DNA from: an uncultured virus (IMG/VR IMGVR_UViG_3300032069_000862)
Lineage: Duplodnaviria; Heunggongvirae; Uroviricota; Caudoviricetes
Direction: 5' to 3' (one strand)
IMG/VR virus record: IMGVR_UViG_3300032069_000862
DNA length: 64,000 bases
The notes under the pieces: generated by a model
Database searches by the model: none
Told to the model about the DNA's origin: nothing
The model's input: the letters and a program-made list of their open reading frames with translations, nothing else
Shown: positions 49,092-60,026 of the stretch, one piece after another
How positions within the stretch are numbered: position 1 is the first letter of the stretch
How the letters are laid out: every line of letters begins with the position of its first letter
Program-made: the position numbers and the translations under genes

Positions 49092-49994
49092 ATGCCAAAA
49101 ATAACTATACAAGAAACCCTATTGTCGGGTTCAGACGTAGTGGCTGCTGGATTTGCTCCATATTTGCTTTACAGCGAAGTCATTGAAGGTGCAAGACGAC
49201 CACTCGCATTTCTGCAAATAGTCAAAGAAGACTTTAGTCTGATTGGAAAAGATGGTTATACCATTAATTTCATGAAGGCAAGTCCACTTTCGGCTGCTCA
49301 GAAAACTGAGTCAGAAATGAGTTCTGGCATTACCGCAAGTGCTAAAACAATCACAAAGACTGCCTTGACAGTTCCCGATGTTATCGTTAGTGCAGTTGAA
49401 TTTACTGATATATTGATGGAAGACCATCCGTCAATAGATTGGGTAAGACTGAAACTAAGAAACATGGGTGCGGCTGTCATGGAATATCTTGACGCTCTTG
49501 TTTATAGCACTATAGCGGCTGCTGGCGGAAGCACAACTAAAACGACTGAGGCAAGTTTAACTTATGGCGTAGTCATGGATACATTAGCCTCAATGGAAAA
49601 CCTTAACTGGGTTGCAGACGATGCTAATCCACCATTCTTGATTTTGAGTCCTGCTGAAGCAAGCTATTTAATGCAAGATACCGCATTCGTTGATGCAAGA
49701 CGCTATACGGCAAAAAATCTTGAACATATAGTTGAAGGCGAAATCGGAATGTATGCTGGATGCCGTGTGTTGAAGACTCCGTATCTAAAGGACAAAAGTT
49801 ACGTTTTCATTGTATTCCCGCCAGATGGTCCAAATGGACCTGTGGTGGTTCTGGCATGGAAGCGACGCTTGACCGTCAAGAATGAACGTTACGAAAATAA
49901 GGCATACACGTATTACATAACCAGCATAAGAGCAAATGCCGCAGTAGTCCAAGCCGACGGGGTTGCAAGAATCGAAATAAGTGCAACTCCATAG
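49092..49994 (+). CDS. major capsid protein (HK97 fold)
   Basis: 300 aa; GYTINF, spine helix NMGAAVMEYLDALV, LILSP, GEIGMYAGCRV. Confidence 0.85.
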   Translation: MPKITIQETLLSGSDVVAAGFAPYLLYSEVIEGARRPLAFLQIVKEDFSLIGKDGYTINFMKASPLSAAQKTESEMSSGITASAKTITKTALTVPDVIVSAVEFTDILMEDHPSIDWVRLKLRNMGAAVMEYLDALVYSTIAAAGGSTTKTTEASLTYGVVMDTLASMENLNWVADDANPPFLILSPAEASYLMQDTAFVDARRYTAKNLEHIVEGEIGMYAGCRVLKTPYLKDKSYVFIVFPPDGPNGPVVVLAWKRRLTVKNERYENKAYTYYITSIRANAAVVQADGVARIEISATP

Positions 49995-50163
49995 TAGTCC
50001 TATTTTTTTGGACTCGGAGTTTGCTCTCCCATTTTTTTATTTTCATATTTTTGAATTAGTTCATTTTATGAACTAACATAAATTGTAAAGATTTAAGAAA
50101 AGATTTAAATAGTTGGATGTATATTGATTGGTCAGGACACGTATTTAGAGGTGTCGTTAAAAA

Positions 50164-51237
50164 ATGGCGTATTCGGACGAAGAAAATGTTTATGAAGCCT
50201 GCGGTATGAACTCTAGTGTAGTTCAGAGTCTTTCTGGCAAAAACTCAAGTGAAGTAACTACTTTAATTACTGAATATATTTCGGAAGCCGACTTAAAAAT
50301 TAAGCGTCTTTTGAAAATTCCAATAACCATTAGAAAAGAATATCACGAATTTGACTGGGATGAAACTGTTGAATTAGGTCCTTATGAAGACAAAGAAGAG
50401 TTTTTCAGTTCTTACGACCCTGAAAACTGCGTTGAAGAAATTTTTGCACTATATGATGATTCTGGAAGGGTAAAATTACCGTATCCTAAAAACTGTGATG
50501 ATTTAACTGAAGATGTAACTGATATGACTGGCACGAATGCGACTCTTTCCAAGGAAACAACCATTGTGAAATGTGGAACAGCAAGCATTAAAGCAGTATT
50601 TTCAGCCGCTGGAAGTTTCTATTTCCCAAAAAACGCAAATCTTGAAAAGAATATTTACCCTTGGGATTATGTTGGATTCTGGTTCAGAACAAGTGATAAA
50701 ACTGCAACATTTACTATAAAATTCTATGATATAGATGGAAATGTCGAATATCAAACATTCGCTTTGACGCAGAATGATACTTGGCAAATAGTCGCACTTC
50801 AAATGTCTGATAATACTGGTTCAATAGATTGGAGTGATGCATTATGCCAAAAGATTGAAATATTGTCAGATAAGGCTTGCACGATTTATTTTGATAACTT
50901 CTGTTTCAACGATGGATACTTCTGGACATACCCAGAAGGATTAATTTGTTGGTGCGAACCAGACTCAGACCCAGATGGAGAAATTGAAGTTACATACTCT
51001 TACGACCCGTTTAAAGTGAATGTTCCAGTTGATATTAAACTCGCATCGTCTAAATTAGCGGGAGCATTACTTATTGACTATCTGATTGGGCACAGACAAC
51101 AAATAACTGGATTCGAACAAATGGCTGAAACTATGGATACAAGACCAGATAGAGAAACTTTAGAGGTTGTTAGAACGAGACTTCGCAGAGAAGCATATGA
51201 AGCGTTGGCTGGCTTTGGTTTCGGGACATATAGATAA
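50164..51237 (+). CDS. head-tail adaptor with inserted carbohydrate-binding-like domain
   Basis: MAYS..., ISEAD..I, VTYSY...VPVDIKLAS..LAG; insert with VGFWFR...IYFDN. Confidence 0.65.
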   Translation: MAYSDEENVYEACGMNSSVVQSLSGKNSSEVTTLITEYISEADLKIKRLLKIPITIRKEYHEFDWDETVELGPYEDKEEFFSSYDPENCVEEIFALYDDSGRVKLPYPKNCDDLTEDVTDMTGTNATLSKETTIVKCGTASIKAVFSAAGSFYFPKNANLEKNIYPWDYVGFWFRTSDKTATFTIKFYDIDGNVEYQTFALTQNDTWQIVALQMSDNTGSIDWSDALCQKIEILSDKACTIYFDNFCFNDGYFWTYPEGLICWCEPDSDPDGEIEVTYSYDPFKVNVPVDIKLASSKLAGALLIDYLIGHRQQITGFEQMAETMDTRPDRETLEVVRTRLRREAYEALAGFGFGTYR

Positions 51238-51250
51238 ATTTGGTGATTAA

Positions 51251-51742
51251 ATGTCAACAGTTGGACATATGGAAGTCGTTAAATCGAAAATAATTTCGAT
51301 AATTGAAGATGCAGATTCCGATTTAACCGCAATTACATCTCCTAGTGAATGGCATCACGTTATTGGTAATTGGCGTGTGCAAAATTGGGAGTTGCAGGAA
51401 TCAAGACTTCCATTAGTTACTGTTAGACTTGGAACTGGCAGGTTTACAGATGTTGCTTATGGACGCAAAATAACTAGCACAACTCATGGATTATATGTTG
51501 TTTATCCCTTTTCGGCTCACGTTTTTGCAATAAATTCTACTACTGGACTTAAAGCAAAAAATGCTATGGATTTGGCTGATGCAATAATTGAATATCTTGA
51601 AAATTACGGTGGCGATTCAACTTCTGGAATACTTTATTTCTATGAAATGACTGCTAGAGAATCAGAAGTTGAGGGCGGTCCAACAAGATTTTCTCGCATC
51701 ATCATCGAAGGCTTCGTAACCTGCAAACGACCATTATCATAG
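51251..51742 (+). CDS. tail terminator/neck protein
   Basis: LPLVTV, FSAHVFA, AMDLADAIIEYL pattern; follows adaptor. Confidence 0.55.
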   Translation: MSTVGHMEVVKSKIISIIEDADSDLTAITSPSEWHHVIGNWRVQNWELQESRLPLVTVRLGTGRFTDVAYGRKITSTTHGLYVVYPFSAHVFAINSTTGLKAKNAMDLADAIIEYLENYGGDSTSGILYFYEMTARESEVEGGPTRFSRIIIEGFVTCKRPLS

Positions 51743-52796
51743 TCGTGAAATAAATGCAGGGTATAGCTAAAAATCTTAAAGCCTTTTATTCTCCATTATC
51801 TTTTACATGGCATTTGAATCTCGACGAAATTGAATTCGAAGTTCGCTATTTGCTGTTACATGGTGTAGATGTTCGTATCCAATATCGAATCTTGAATGCG
51901 ACACAAATAGAATGGAATTGGGAAAAAGATATTTTTAATATAATAAAGTGGAAAGAAGCGAAACTTACTGATAGATGGGAGATTTTTAATCCCGACCAAC
52001 CTCGCTCGCTTGCGAAGACTGTGACTGTTAAGTAAACCGCAAAGTTTATTAAGCAGTCTGTTATACTTTCTTCTGTATGTGACTGAAAATGAGTTTCACA
52101 AATGAAATTGAAGGAACAGTATTTCGATGTTCTGGATTTCGTGGTCGGATTATACGACTCATATTATGGACTGACACCTTAAAGGAGACTGGGCATCCAA
52201 TTCCATCAACTATAGATATTCTATTTCCAACTACAATGTCACTTCAAACAATCACTGATATTATTATTGGGATTGATAAAAAATTTCCAGTTTTAGCAAT
52301 TATAGATGGATGCCAATTATACAAAATAAATAAAACAATTGAATTTGCTAAAAAGCCGTGTGAGGGTTGCAAATGACTGAAGAATCAGAGAAAGAAAAAA
52401 AGAAAGAACGAAAACTCGTTATAGAATTGGACTTGGACGAACTTGATAAACCAATTGAAAGAAAAACACAGCAAGGTTGTGAAATCTGGCAGAAAGACGA
52501 AGACGTTAGTCCTGAATTCCAAGAATTTATAGAGAATCTTAAATATCTTTCTAAATATTTGGCAGTTTGCGTGAATGAAGGTCCCGAAGTCAAGGATAAT
52601 ATCATGAAGAGAATGGTTGCACTTAAATTGGTCATTGAAGAATTTTTCCAAAACTTAAACATTAATGGCTATTTGGCATATGGTATGCTCTTTGAAACTT
52701 TAGGGGATGTTTATATGAACATTAGTGGAAAACAAAAAACAATTGGCTTGCTTAGACAAATTTTCAATCGGGGGGAACAATTAGCTAAACAAAAGA

Positions 52797-53063
52797 GTGA
52801 GAAATATGTCAGTTGATGAACCACTTCCAGTTGACCCCACAATTTCAGTAATTGAATATACTACAATCTATAAAACTCAAAAATGGTGGCATGCAGTCGT
52901 TTTGGCAAATATGTTCGGGCACAATAAGATTATGATATTTCTGTGGCAGCAGAAAGACGGTAAATGGAAGCGAAAACATAAATTCGGAATTAACTTCGTT
53001 AAAGACTGGGAAAAAATGAAACCAGTAATAGAAGATTATATTAAGAAGGGGAATATACAATGA
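52797..53063 (+). CDS. possible PC4-like ssDNA-binding protein
   Basis: beta-hairpins with WKRKHKFGI..DW helix; coupled to radA. Confidence 0.4.
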   Translation: MRNMSVDEPLPVDPTISVIEYTTIYKTQKWWHAVVLANMFGHNKIMIFLWQQKDGKWKRKHKFGINFVKDWEKMKPVIEDYIKKGNIQ

Positions 53064-54046
53064 CTGATGAAATTATGGACGTTAAGGAACTTCTTGTTAA
53101 ACAAAAAGGAGCACTTTTCAAAGAATATCTTGATAGATATAAGAAGAAGGAAGCATTAAATCCAATATCCTTAAAAGAATTGGAAGAGTCAGAGTCAAAA
53201 GAACTAAAAATTAAAACTGGAACAGTAATCGATGAAATAATTAGTGGCGGAATTCCAGAAGGCAAATCTCTTCTAATGTATGGTGCATTCCGTTCTGGAA
53301 AAACGCAAACGTGTTTAACTATGGCGGTTCTTTGTCCAAATAAAGTAATTTACATAGACCCTGAGAAAAGTCTTAGAATTGAACGGCTGAAACAAATATG
53401 TGAAGCTAGACATCTAAATTGGGAATCCATTAGAGATAAAATTATTTATTACAGACCAAAGTCTTGGATAGAACAAATGTTGATTATTCAAAGTCTTCCA
53501 GCCCCATCTGATGTTGATAAAGTGGATTTGATAATTTGTGATTCAATATCAAAATTATTCAGAGGAATAGAATTTCTCGGCAGAGAAACCATTCAAGTGA
53601 AAAACGGACTCATAAGAGAATTCATTTTGGCTCTTGAAAGAATAGCCGATTTACATCAAGCGGCACTTGTTTATACAACTCAAATTTATGATAAACCCGT
53701 GGCTACGCTATATGCATCATTATCAGATATACAAATGCCAATTGGTGGACGTTCAGTAGAACATCAACCAGATTTTATCCTATTCTTCCGAAAAGCAACA
53801 GGAAATGTTAGAATTGTGGAAATGATGGATTCAAGTTATACTGCATTAGGGGAGAGAGCATTTCTGATTAATGAAAAAGGCATCGATAACGTGCCAGATT
53901 CCGCTAAAGTTGCAAAAACATTAAAAGAAAGGGAAGAGAAATTCGCTGCAAAACAAGCACAGGAAAAACTAGAAGGTAAAAAACCCAAGAAAGAAGATGA
54001 GGAAATTCCAGAAGACGAAGAACAACCACCCGAAGAGGAATCATAA
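53060..54046 (+). CDS. radA: RadA/Rad51-family recombinase
   Basis: KTG..IDEIISGGI, GAFRSGKTQ, YIDPE, IICDS, TTQ, PIGG. Confidence 0.85.
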   Translation: MTDEIMDVKELLVKQKGALFKEYLDRYKKKEALNPISLKELEESESKELKIKTGTVIDEIISGGIPEGKSLLMYGAFRSGKTQTCLTMAVLCPNKVIYIDPEKSLRIERLKQICEARHLNWESIRDKIIYYRPKSWIEQMLIIQSLPAPSDVDKVDLIICDSISKLFRGIEFLGRETIQVKNGLIREFILALERIADLHQAALVYTTQIYDKPVATLYASLSDIQMPIGGRSVEHQPDFILFFRKATGNVRIVEMMDSSYTALGERAFLINEKGIDNVPDSAKVAKTLKEREEKFAAKQAQEKLEGKKPKKEDEEIPEDEEQPPEEES

Positions 54047-54511
54047 ATGACAATGAGATTCAAACTAACTCCACACGTCAAAGCAATCTTGAAAGGACGT
54101 GGAATGTGCAAAGACGATAGATTAATATGTGCATCTGAAACTTGTCTCTTTCATCCGATGGGAACTTCTGACCCAGACTATGGAAAAGATATAGAAATTA
54201 AAGGATATGGAATTTGTCCAAGATGTGGAATGAAAACTGATTATTCGGCGGGCATTGAATGGGATGATAAAACTCGGACAGTTCTTCTTAAATGTTCTGG
54301 TTGCGGAAGAGTTATTCCAAAAAAATATATAACTTGGACTCAAGAAGTAGTTTCGAGACATCGAAGACATAAACATTTCTATTATCATGCTGAATGTTGG
54401 GACAAATTTTTCATAGATGTTGAAGACGATGAAGAAGAGACGGCACTATATTCTGGTCAAAGTGATTGTGAATTATGCAGGTTAATAAAATGGGCACAAA
54501 AATTAAAGTAA
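54047..54511 (+). CDS. multi-Zn-finger protein
   Basis: CPRCG, CSGCG, YHAECW. Confidence 0.6.
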   Translation: MTMRFKLTPHVKAILKGRGMCKDDRLICASETCLFHPMGTSDPDYGKDIEIKGYGICPRCGMKTDYSAGIEWDDKTRTVLLKCSGCGRVIPKKYITWTQEVVSRHRRHKHFYYHAECWDKFFIDVEDDEEETALYSGQSDCELCRLIKWAQKLK

Positions 54512-54939
54512 AAGGTTATAGAATGCGATATGCGGGTGCTCATGGTGGTGGCGTTGTAGTTGTTTTGCCATTTGACCCCCGTAAAGGAATTTGTGAAGCA
54601 TGTGGTAAATCTGTTGAACGAGAAGAAATTAAGAATACGGCATTGCATCATTGGTTCTACGCCTATGCTCCAAAAACCGTTAAGGAAAATCCAATGCTTG
54701 CTCTTGATAATACTAGCGAACTCTGTTATTATTGTCACGTTCAGCTTGCTGACCCGATTCGTGCTTTGCTTTATGCCAGTCCAGAACGTGTGGTAAATGT
54801 GGCGAAATTACTCAAGGGCGAACAATTAGATAAATTCATTAAAGTTTTATCTGCCGTAATTCAAATGTTAAAAACTGAAAAAAACGTGAATCCATTTGCC
54901 CAGAAATTGTTGGAGAAGATGGCAAAAAATGAAGACTAA
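54475..54939 (+). CDS. HNH-like protein
   Basis: CEACG...ALHHW...N..ELCYYCH. Confidence 0.6.
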   Translation: MQVNKMGTKIKVKGYRMRYAGAHGGGVVVVLPFDPRKGICEACGKSVEREEIKNTALHHWFYAYAPKTVKENPMLALDNTSELCYYCHVQLADPIRALLYASPERVVNVAKLLKGEQLDKFIKVLSAVIQMLKTEKNVNPFAQKLLEKMAKNED

Positions 54940-55495
54940 AAAGAAACATAGTCCCATATTTTATGTGGCTCATACCTTTAGTGAGAGGCATCACATAAGG
55001 GATAAAGTAATTCCTGAATTACAAAAATTAGGAATTGAAACGGTTAATCCCTTTTATGAGAAAGATGGTTCATGGAAGAAGAATCGTCCAGAAGTTAAAT
55101 TGGCAGATGAATTGGGAAGGGATGCCGAAGCAATGGAGATATTCACAAGTAAAGTTGTTAATAGACATGAAAATATAGTTGAAACTGACTTAGACCTGAT
55201 TCGAAGTGTTGATGGAATAATTGCATTCATGCCAGAAGGTTCAACTGGAACAACTTGTGAAATTTGGACATGCGGTGGAATATTCAAGTGGCTTGCCAAA
55301 CGTGGTTATCCCATGAAAGAATTTTTAGGAAAGCCAGTATTTCTAGTTACAACTACAACTAGATTATTTACTCATCCTTGGATTCAATATGCCTGTGTGC
55401 GAGTTTTTAGAACTGAGAGAGGTTTAATTGGCTATCTTAAACGTGAACTGCCAAGAATAAGGCAACAGGTAGAAGATAGAAGAGACGGAAAATAG
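54896..55495 (+). CDS. nucleoside 2-deoxyribosyltransferase-like / nucleotide hydrolase
   Basis: FYVAHTF, NPF, DLDLIRSVDGIIA, STGTTCEI, GKPV. Confidence 0.75.
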   Translation: MPRNCWRRWQKMKTKKKHSPIFYVAHTFSERHHIRDKVIPELQKLGIETVNPFYEKDGSWKKNRPEVKLADELGRDAEAMEIFTSKVVNRHENIVETDLDLIRSVDGIIAFMPEGSTGTTCEIWTCGGIFKWLAKRGYPMKEFLGKPVFLVTTTTRLFTHPWIQYACVRVFRTERGLIGYLKRELPRIRQQVEDRRDGK

Positions 55496-56578
55496 ATGGT
55501 TGACCATATAAGCCGTGAACAATTTCTGTTAGACCTATTTGGAAATTTAGGAAGAGAGTTAGGAAATCCCAATCAAGTTTATCACGATAATCCAAACGAT
55601 ATTTTAACTTTTGTTGAAGATTGTAGAAAAAATAAACTTCCCGCTTTCATGAGCATTCAGCCACGAATAGGTCATAATCAAATATATGGCATTGAAAAGG
55701 TCTTCTGGGATTTCGATTTTGCCTCTAAGAGTGAAAAACTTACAGAATCCCAAATTAAAAAACGTAAAGAGGAACTGGAAACTGAAATAAGAATATTTAT
55801 AAATAAAATGCTTGAAACATCTCATGGAATTCAACCATTAATAGTCAAAACTCGAAAAGGCTATCACGTCTATTTATTTTTCGATAGCATCTATGAAATC
55901 GATTCCGATATTGATTATTGGAATGATGTATATAAAGAACTTCAAATGATGTTCATTAAAAGCAATTCCCACGAGTATAGATATTTCGATTCCGTCTCTT
56001 CCAGCATTAAAAACATGGCACGTATCCCGACATCAATTCATGAAATATCTGGAGAAGAATGTAAAGTTCTCAATGTTAATCTTGAACCAACAAAATTAAG
56101 AGAATTGAATTTTTACCGACTTTATGGTTTGAAACGAAAACATTTAAAATTGGCTTGTGATATTGTTACTGAACGAAGACAAAAACATAAAGAAGAAGTA
56201 GAAAAGCATCGAGAAGAATCAAGAGAATATTGGGAAGAAACCCATGGGTTTGTAGGTAAAATTCGCCCCTGTTTCATGAATCGAATAGAGGCTGGAACAA
56301 TGTGCCATGCTCAACGATTGGCACTTTTAAATGAGGCGTTTTATTCTGGTTATGATACTGTCGAAAAAGTTGTCGATTTATATCGCAAGTTTAAGGATTT
56401 CAATGATAAAACCACGAGGTATCACGTTGAACGATTCTTCAAGGATAAACTGGATAAAACTAAAGAAGAATCACGGATTCGACCCTATAAGTGTGAAACG
56501 ATAAGAAAGTTTGGTTGGTGTCTCGAAAGTGACATCTGTCCAATTTGGCAAAAACACAAAGGAGAGCGTAAAAATTAG
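55496..56578 (+). CDS. archaeo-eukaryotic primase, PriS fused to PriL-like C-terminal domain
   Basis: WDFD, KGYHVY, MARIP; C-terminal PC..., H.QR, PYKCETI...C...CP. Confidence 0.85.
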   Translation: MVDHISREQFLLDLFGNLGRELGNPNQVYHDNPNDILTFVEDCRKNKLPAFMSIQPRIGHNQIYGIEKVFWDFDFASKSEKLTESQIKKRKEELETEIRIFINKMLETSHGIQPLIVKTRKGYHVYLFFDSIYEIDSDIDYWNDVYKELQMMFIKSNSHEYRYFDSVSSSIKNMARIPTSIHEISGEECKVLNVNLEPTKLRELNFYRLYGLKRKHLKLACDIVTERRQKHKEEVEKHREESREYWEETHGFVGKIRPCFMNRIEAGTMCHAQRLALLNEAFYSGYDTVEKVVDLYRKFKDFNDKTTRYHVERFFKDKLDKTKEESRIRPYKCETIRKFGWCLESDICPIWQKHKGERKN

Positions 56579-56897
56579 TTTCCAAAGAAAGAAAAAATCG
56601 TTCTAAAAAGAAAGAGAAATCTGAGAAACAATGGAGAGAAGAGTTTGAAGACTTGAAGAGGCAGTATGAAAATTCTCATGAAAAAATGATAAATAGAAAC
56701 AAAACATTGCTGGAAGGTGTAAAAAATGCACAAAAAAACTAAATCAAAAATATCGAGAACTAAGGAAGCAAAAGAAGTAAAAGCGAAATGGGCTTGGCTG
56801 GAGCAGATATATTTCAAAATCGATACTATAGAAAAGCGACTTGATGCATTGGAAGAAACCGTAAAGTTTATATCGGACGAGATACAGAAATTACAGG

Positions 56898-57329
56898 ATG
56901 ATAGAAATGGTCACAGAGAAAAAACATGAAGAGGATTACACCCTTAAAGATTCTGGAAAACGAAAAATCTTTGAAACGGGAGCAAATCGTGATTTAAGTT
57001 CTGGAAAAGGACGATTCGATTTATTGCCACCGCAAACTATTAGAGCATTGGCAATTCATTATGAAAAAGGTTGCATTAAATATGGCGAAAGGAACTGGGA
57101 AAAAGGAATTCCAGTATCCAGATATGTTGATTCAGCCATGCGTCATCTACTTCAGTTTCTTGATGGGTTGGATGATGAAAATCATTTAATAGCTGCTCTT
57201 TGGAATATAGCGAGCATGTATGAGACAATTCTCAGAATTCAACAGGGAAAATTACCAGAATCATTATATGATTTACCAGCAAAAGTAAAATTACCAGATG
57301 TTTATAAAGTCCTAAAGGCTAAAAAATGA
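56898..57329 (+). CDS. dATP/dGTP diphosphohydrolase-domain protein (DUF5664-like)
   Basis: GKGRFDLLP, G.IKYGERNWEKG, SAMRHL, HLIAALWN. Confidence 0.8.
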   Translation: MIEMVTEKKHEEDYTLKDSGKRKIFETGANRDLSSGKGRFDLLPPQTIRALAIHYEKGCIKYGERNWEKGIPVSRYVDSAMRHLLQFLDGLDDENHLIAALWNIASMYETILRIQQGKLPESLYDLPAKVKLPDVYKVLKAKK

Positions 57330-57451
57330 TTTAGAATAAAATCCGAATAAATCTCCATAATTTTTTGTTTTTCAATCATAAAAATTGATTAATTTCACCA
57401 TAAACCTTATATATTGGATATTACTATTCTATTAGTATCAGTGGTGCATTT

Positions 57452-59650
57452 ATGCCTAGAAAATCAACTAAAAAAGAAGAAAACTTACCTGAATCTAAGC
57501 CCGAAACAATTCCATTTTCCGATTGGGCAAAAGAAGAAGCCCAGCGTAAAGGGACTACAGTAGCAAAAGTAGTTCAAGAAGTTTTTCAAGACGGGTTTCT
57601 TACCTATATTGAAGAAAGTGGCGGTGTGGTTAAACTGGATGCCAGTCAATTATTCAAATCTCAGGTCAACGCTAATGATATTGCAACATATATTCGTCTT
57701 AGAAAAAGTTTTGCTCCAGTTTCGGCTTGTGTGGATTATATAAAAGACACGATTCTCGGTAGCGGAATATCAGTAACTACTAGGGTTGAAGATGCCAAAG
57801 ACTCATTTAAACAAGAACTTAAAGAATACGTTGAAACTTTTATTGAAGAGGTCTATCAGGACGAGTTTATTTCTGGTTTGTTTGAATTGATAGACGTAAT
57901 TCTTGATAATGCACTGACGACTGGTGTTGGTGCTGCTGAAATCATATATGACCTAGATAAATTGGTCGATTTTGAAAGTTATATTAAGGATTTTAAAACT
58001 ATTAAATCTAAGGATGCCAATGGTAGAGAAGTTGATGTAGTAATATATGATACAGTAGAACCAGAATGGAAAGACTTAGTTGGCATTAAAAGGATGAAAA
58101 TCATTAATGAAGCCTATAGACGACTTAAACTATATCGTGACCCACAATCTTGGTTGCCCGTTTATTGGACTTTAGACGAGGTTAATCCAGAAAGTGTATC
58201 GCAATCTGACCCGAATCTTCCAGTTCAACTTAAAGCCCTTAAAAAGAAATCCGTGATTAATCCCACTATGAAACTTCATACTTGGCAGTTATTTTGGCTT
58301 TCATTAAATCGTAAAGATTTTTCAGAAAGAGGCGAAAGTGTAATTGCCCCAGCAGCTTCAATGGCGTTAGTTTTGGAAAGAATTCTGAATGCTGTTGGAG
58401 AAGGCATTTATCGTGCAGGGAACAAAAAATATTTCATCATATGCGGAACTCCCGAAAGACCGTGGTCTGAACCATATATTAGGAACATGATTAAGGAATT
58501 AAAGGAAGCATCTGAAAAGAATTGGTCAACGATTCCTGTTCCATCAGGATTTGATATTAAAGATATTGGTGGACAAATCTTCGAAGCCACAGATGTTGTT
58601 ACTTATTATCTTAAACTTATCGCTAAAAGCATGAAAGTTCCAAATCACGTTGTTGGATTGCCATATAGAGCTGGAACAGAACCAAGTTATAACTTCCAAC
58701 GCATGAGAAACGATTTGAAGAAAGCCATTGGAAGGCAATTGCTTCTGCGTCATATATGGTGTAAATATGGAAAAACAAAACAAAAACAAGGCGGAAGGGG
58801 CACACAAAAGTTGGGAAGTCCAGAAATCCGATTTAAAACTGAAGGATTACTTAGCGACCCCGAAAGACTTAAAATGTATGTTGGTTTGTTAAACGTTGCT
58901 AATCCAATAAGTCCTCAAGTAAAATTAGAAGTTGAAAAATCCATTTGTAACATTATGGGTTGGGATGAAGTGCGACTTCCAACACAGGAAGAATTAGAGA
59001 AACAAATGGAAGAAGCAGACAAGGCTATGAAAAAGAAACTTGCAGAAAAAGAGAAACCTGAAAAAACTATCGAAGAACCTGAAAAAGAAGGACAGCCACC
59101 ACAAACCATTGAAGCCACAGAAAAACGTTTGGAAGGCGGAGTTAATGTGAGAAAAGTTGGAACTAAAAAAGGACTTGCAAGACCAATGGGTGGAACACGT
59201 ATTCCATCAGTTCAAGAATCAGCAGAGGAAGAAGAAATTCAAGAGGCAGTTCCAGAACCGCAATCCCAAAAAGTAGAATTCACTTTTAAACATGAACCAC
59301 AATCAATAGAGGTTAAAACTCCGTTGGATGAAATCATGCGGAAATTGGCTGAAGACCAAACTGAACTTACCAAAAAACAAAAAGAACGTGAGGATAAACT
59401 AAAATTACTTGATGAAGAAGAAAGCATTAAAAAGAAACAGAAACTGCAACTTGAAATAAAAAACATTGAGATATTAATTGAAGAAACGAAAAAGGATATA
59501 GATGAGAAGAACGCCGAAATAGAAAAAATTAAGGCTGAAACAGAAAAGTTTAAAACCGAATCTGAAGAAATAAAGAAAACACATGCCCAAAAACGCAAAG
59601 TTATGAAGAAACTCGAAGAGAAACTCGGAAAAGATAAGGTGATAGAATAG
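57452..59650 (+). CDS. portal protein with long charged C-terminal extension
   Basis: VSACVDYI, ALTTGVG..EI, RGESVI.PA, IAKSMKVP..VG portal pattern. Confidence 0.75.
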   Translation: MPRKSTKKEENLPESKPETIPFSDWAKEEAQRKGTTVAKVVQEVFQDGFLTYIEESGGVVKLDASQLFKSQVNANDIATYIRLRKSFAPVSACVDYIKDTILGSGISVTTRVEDAKDSFKQELKEYVETFIEEVYQDEFISGLFELIDVILDNALTTGVGAAEIIYDLDKLVDFESYIKDFKTIKSKDANGREVDVVIYDTVEPEWKDLVGIKRMKIINEAYRRLKLYRDPQSWLPVYWTLDEVNPESVSQSDPNLPVQLKALKKKSVINPTMKLHTWQLFWLSLNRKDFSERGESVIAPAASMALVLERILNAVGEGIYRAGNKKYFIICGTPERPWSEPYIRNMIKELKEASEKNWSTIPVPSGFDIKDIGGQIFEATDVVTYYLKLIAKSMKVPNHVVGLPYRAGTEPSYNFQRMRNDLKKAIGRQLLLRHIWCKYGKTKQKQGGRGTQKLGSPEIRFKTEGLLSDPERLKMYVGLLNVANPISPQVKLEVEKSICNIMGWDEVRLPTQEELEKQMEEADKAMKKKLAEKEKPEKTIEEPEKEGQPPQTIEATEKRLEGGVNVRKVGTKKGLARPMGGTRIPSVQESAEEEEIQEAVPEPQSQKVEFTFKHEPQSIEVKTPLDEIMRKLAEDQTELTKKQKEREDKLKLLDEEESIKKKQKLQLEIKNIEILIEETKKDIDEKNAEIEKIKAETEKFKTESEEIKKTHAQKRKVMKKLEEKLGKDKVIE

Positions 59651-59651
59651 A

Positions 59652-59987
59652 ATGCCATATCTCATAATATATAAAGATGCCGATTTAAAACAAGCGATTA
59701 CTGAAATTAAGACCGATGAACCTGTTTTGGCAGGGCAAATGTATGAAACTACATTTTACGTCAAAAACATTTCAAACTTTGAACTATTGGATATTTTATT
59801 TATTGCAAGCGATTCAGATGTTTCATTTAATCCGAGAGTGATTCAACACATGAATCCAAACGAAGTAATTGCCGTTAAAACTGTTTGGAAACCAACATTA
59901 ACCAGAATGACTCCTCTCAATACACAAATTTCGGCAGACTTTCGGGTAATAGTGAGAAATCCAAGTGACCATAAACATAAATCTTAA
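59652..59987 (+). CDS. Ig-like beta-sandwich protein
   Basis: FYVKN, MNPNE..VKTVW. Confidence 0.5.
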   Translation: MPYLIIYKDADLKQAITEIKTDEPVLAGQMYETTFYVKNISNFELLDILFIASDSDVSFNPRVIQHMNPNEVIAVKTVWKPTLTRMTPLNTQISADFRVIVRNPSDHKHKS

Positions 59988-60026
59988 ATACTCGAATTGA
60001 TAATTAAATAAATAGGTTGAAAAAAT

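Noticed and set aside
25833..49994. Shared C-terminal [ST]P on structural proteins (NSSP, PIPSP, SATP)
   Set aside because: Only four cases, two of them paralogues; too short to separate from chance
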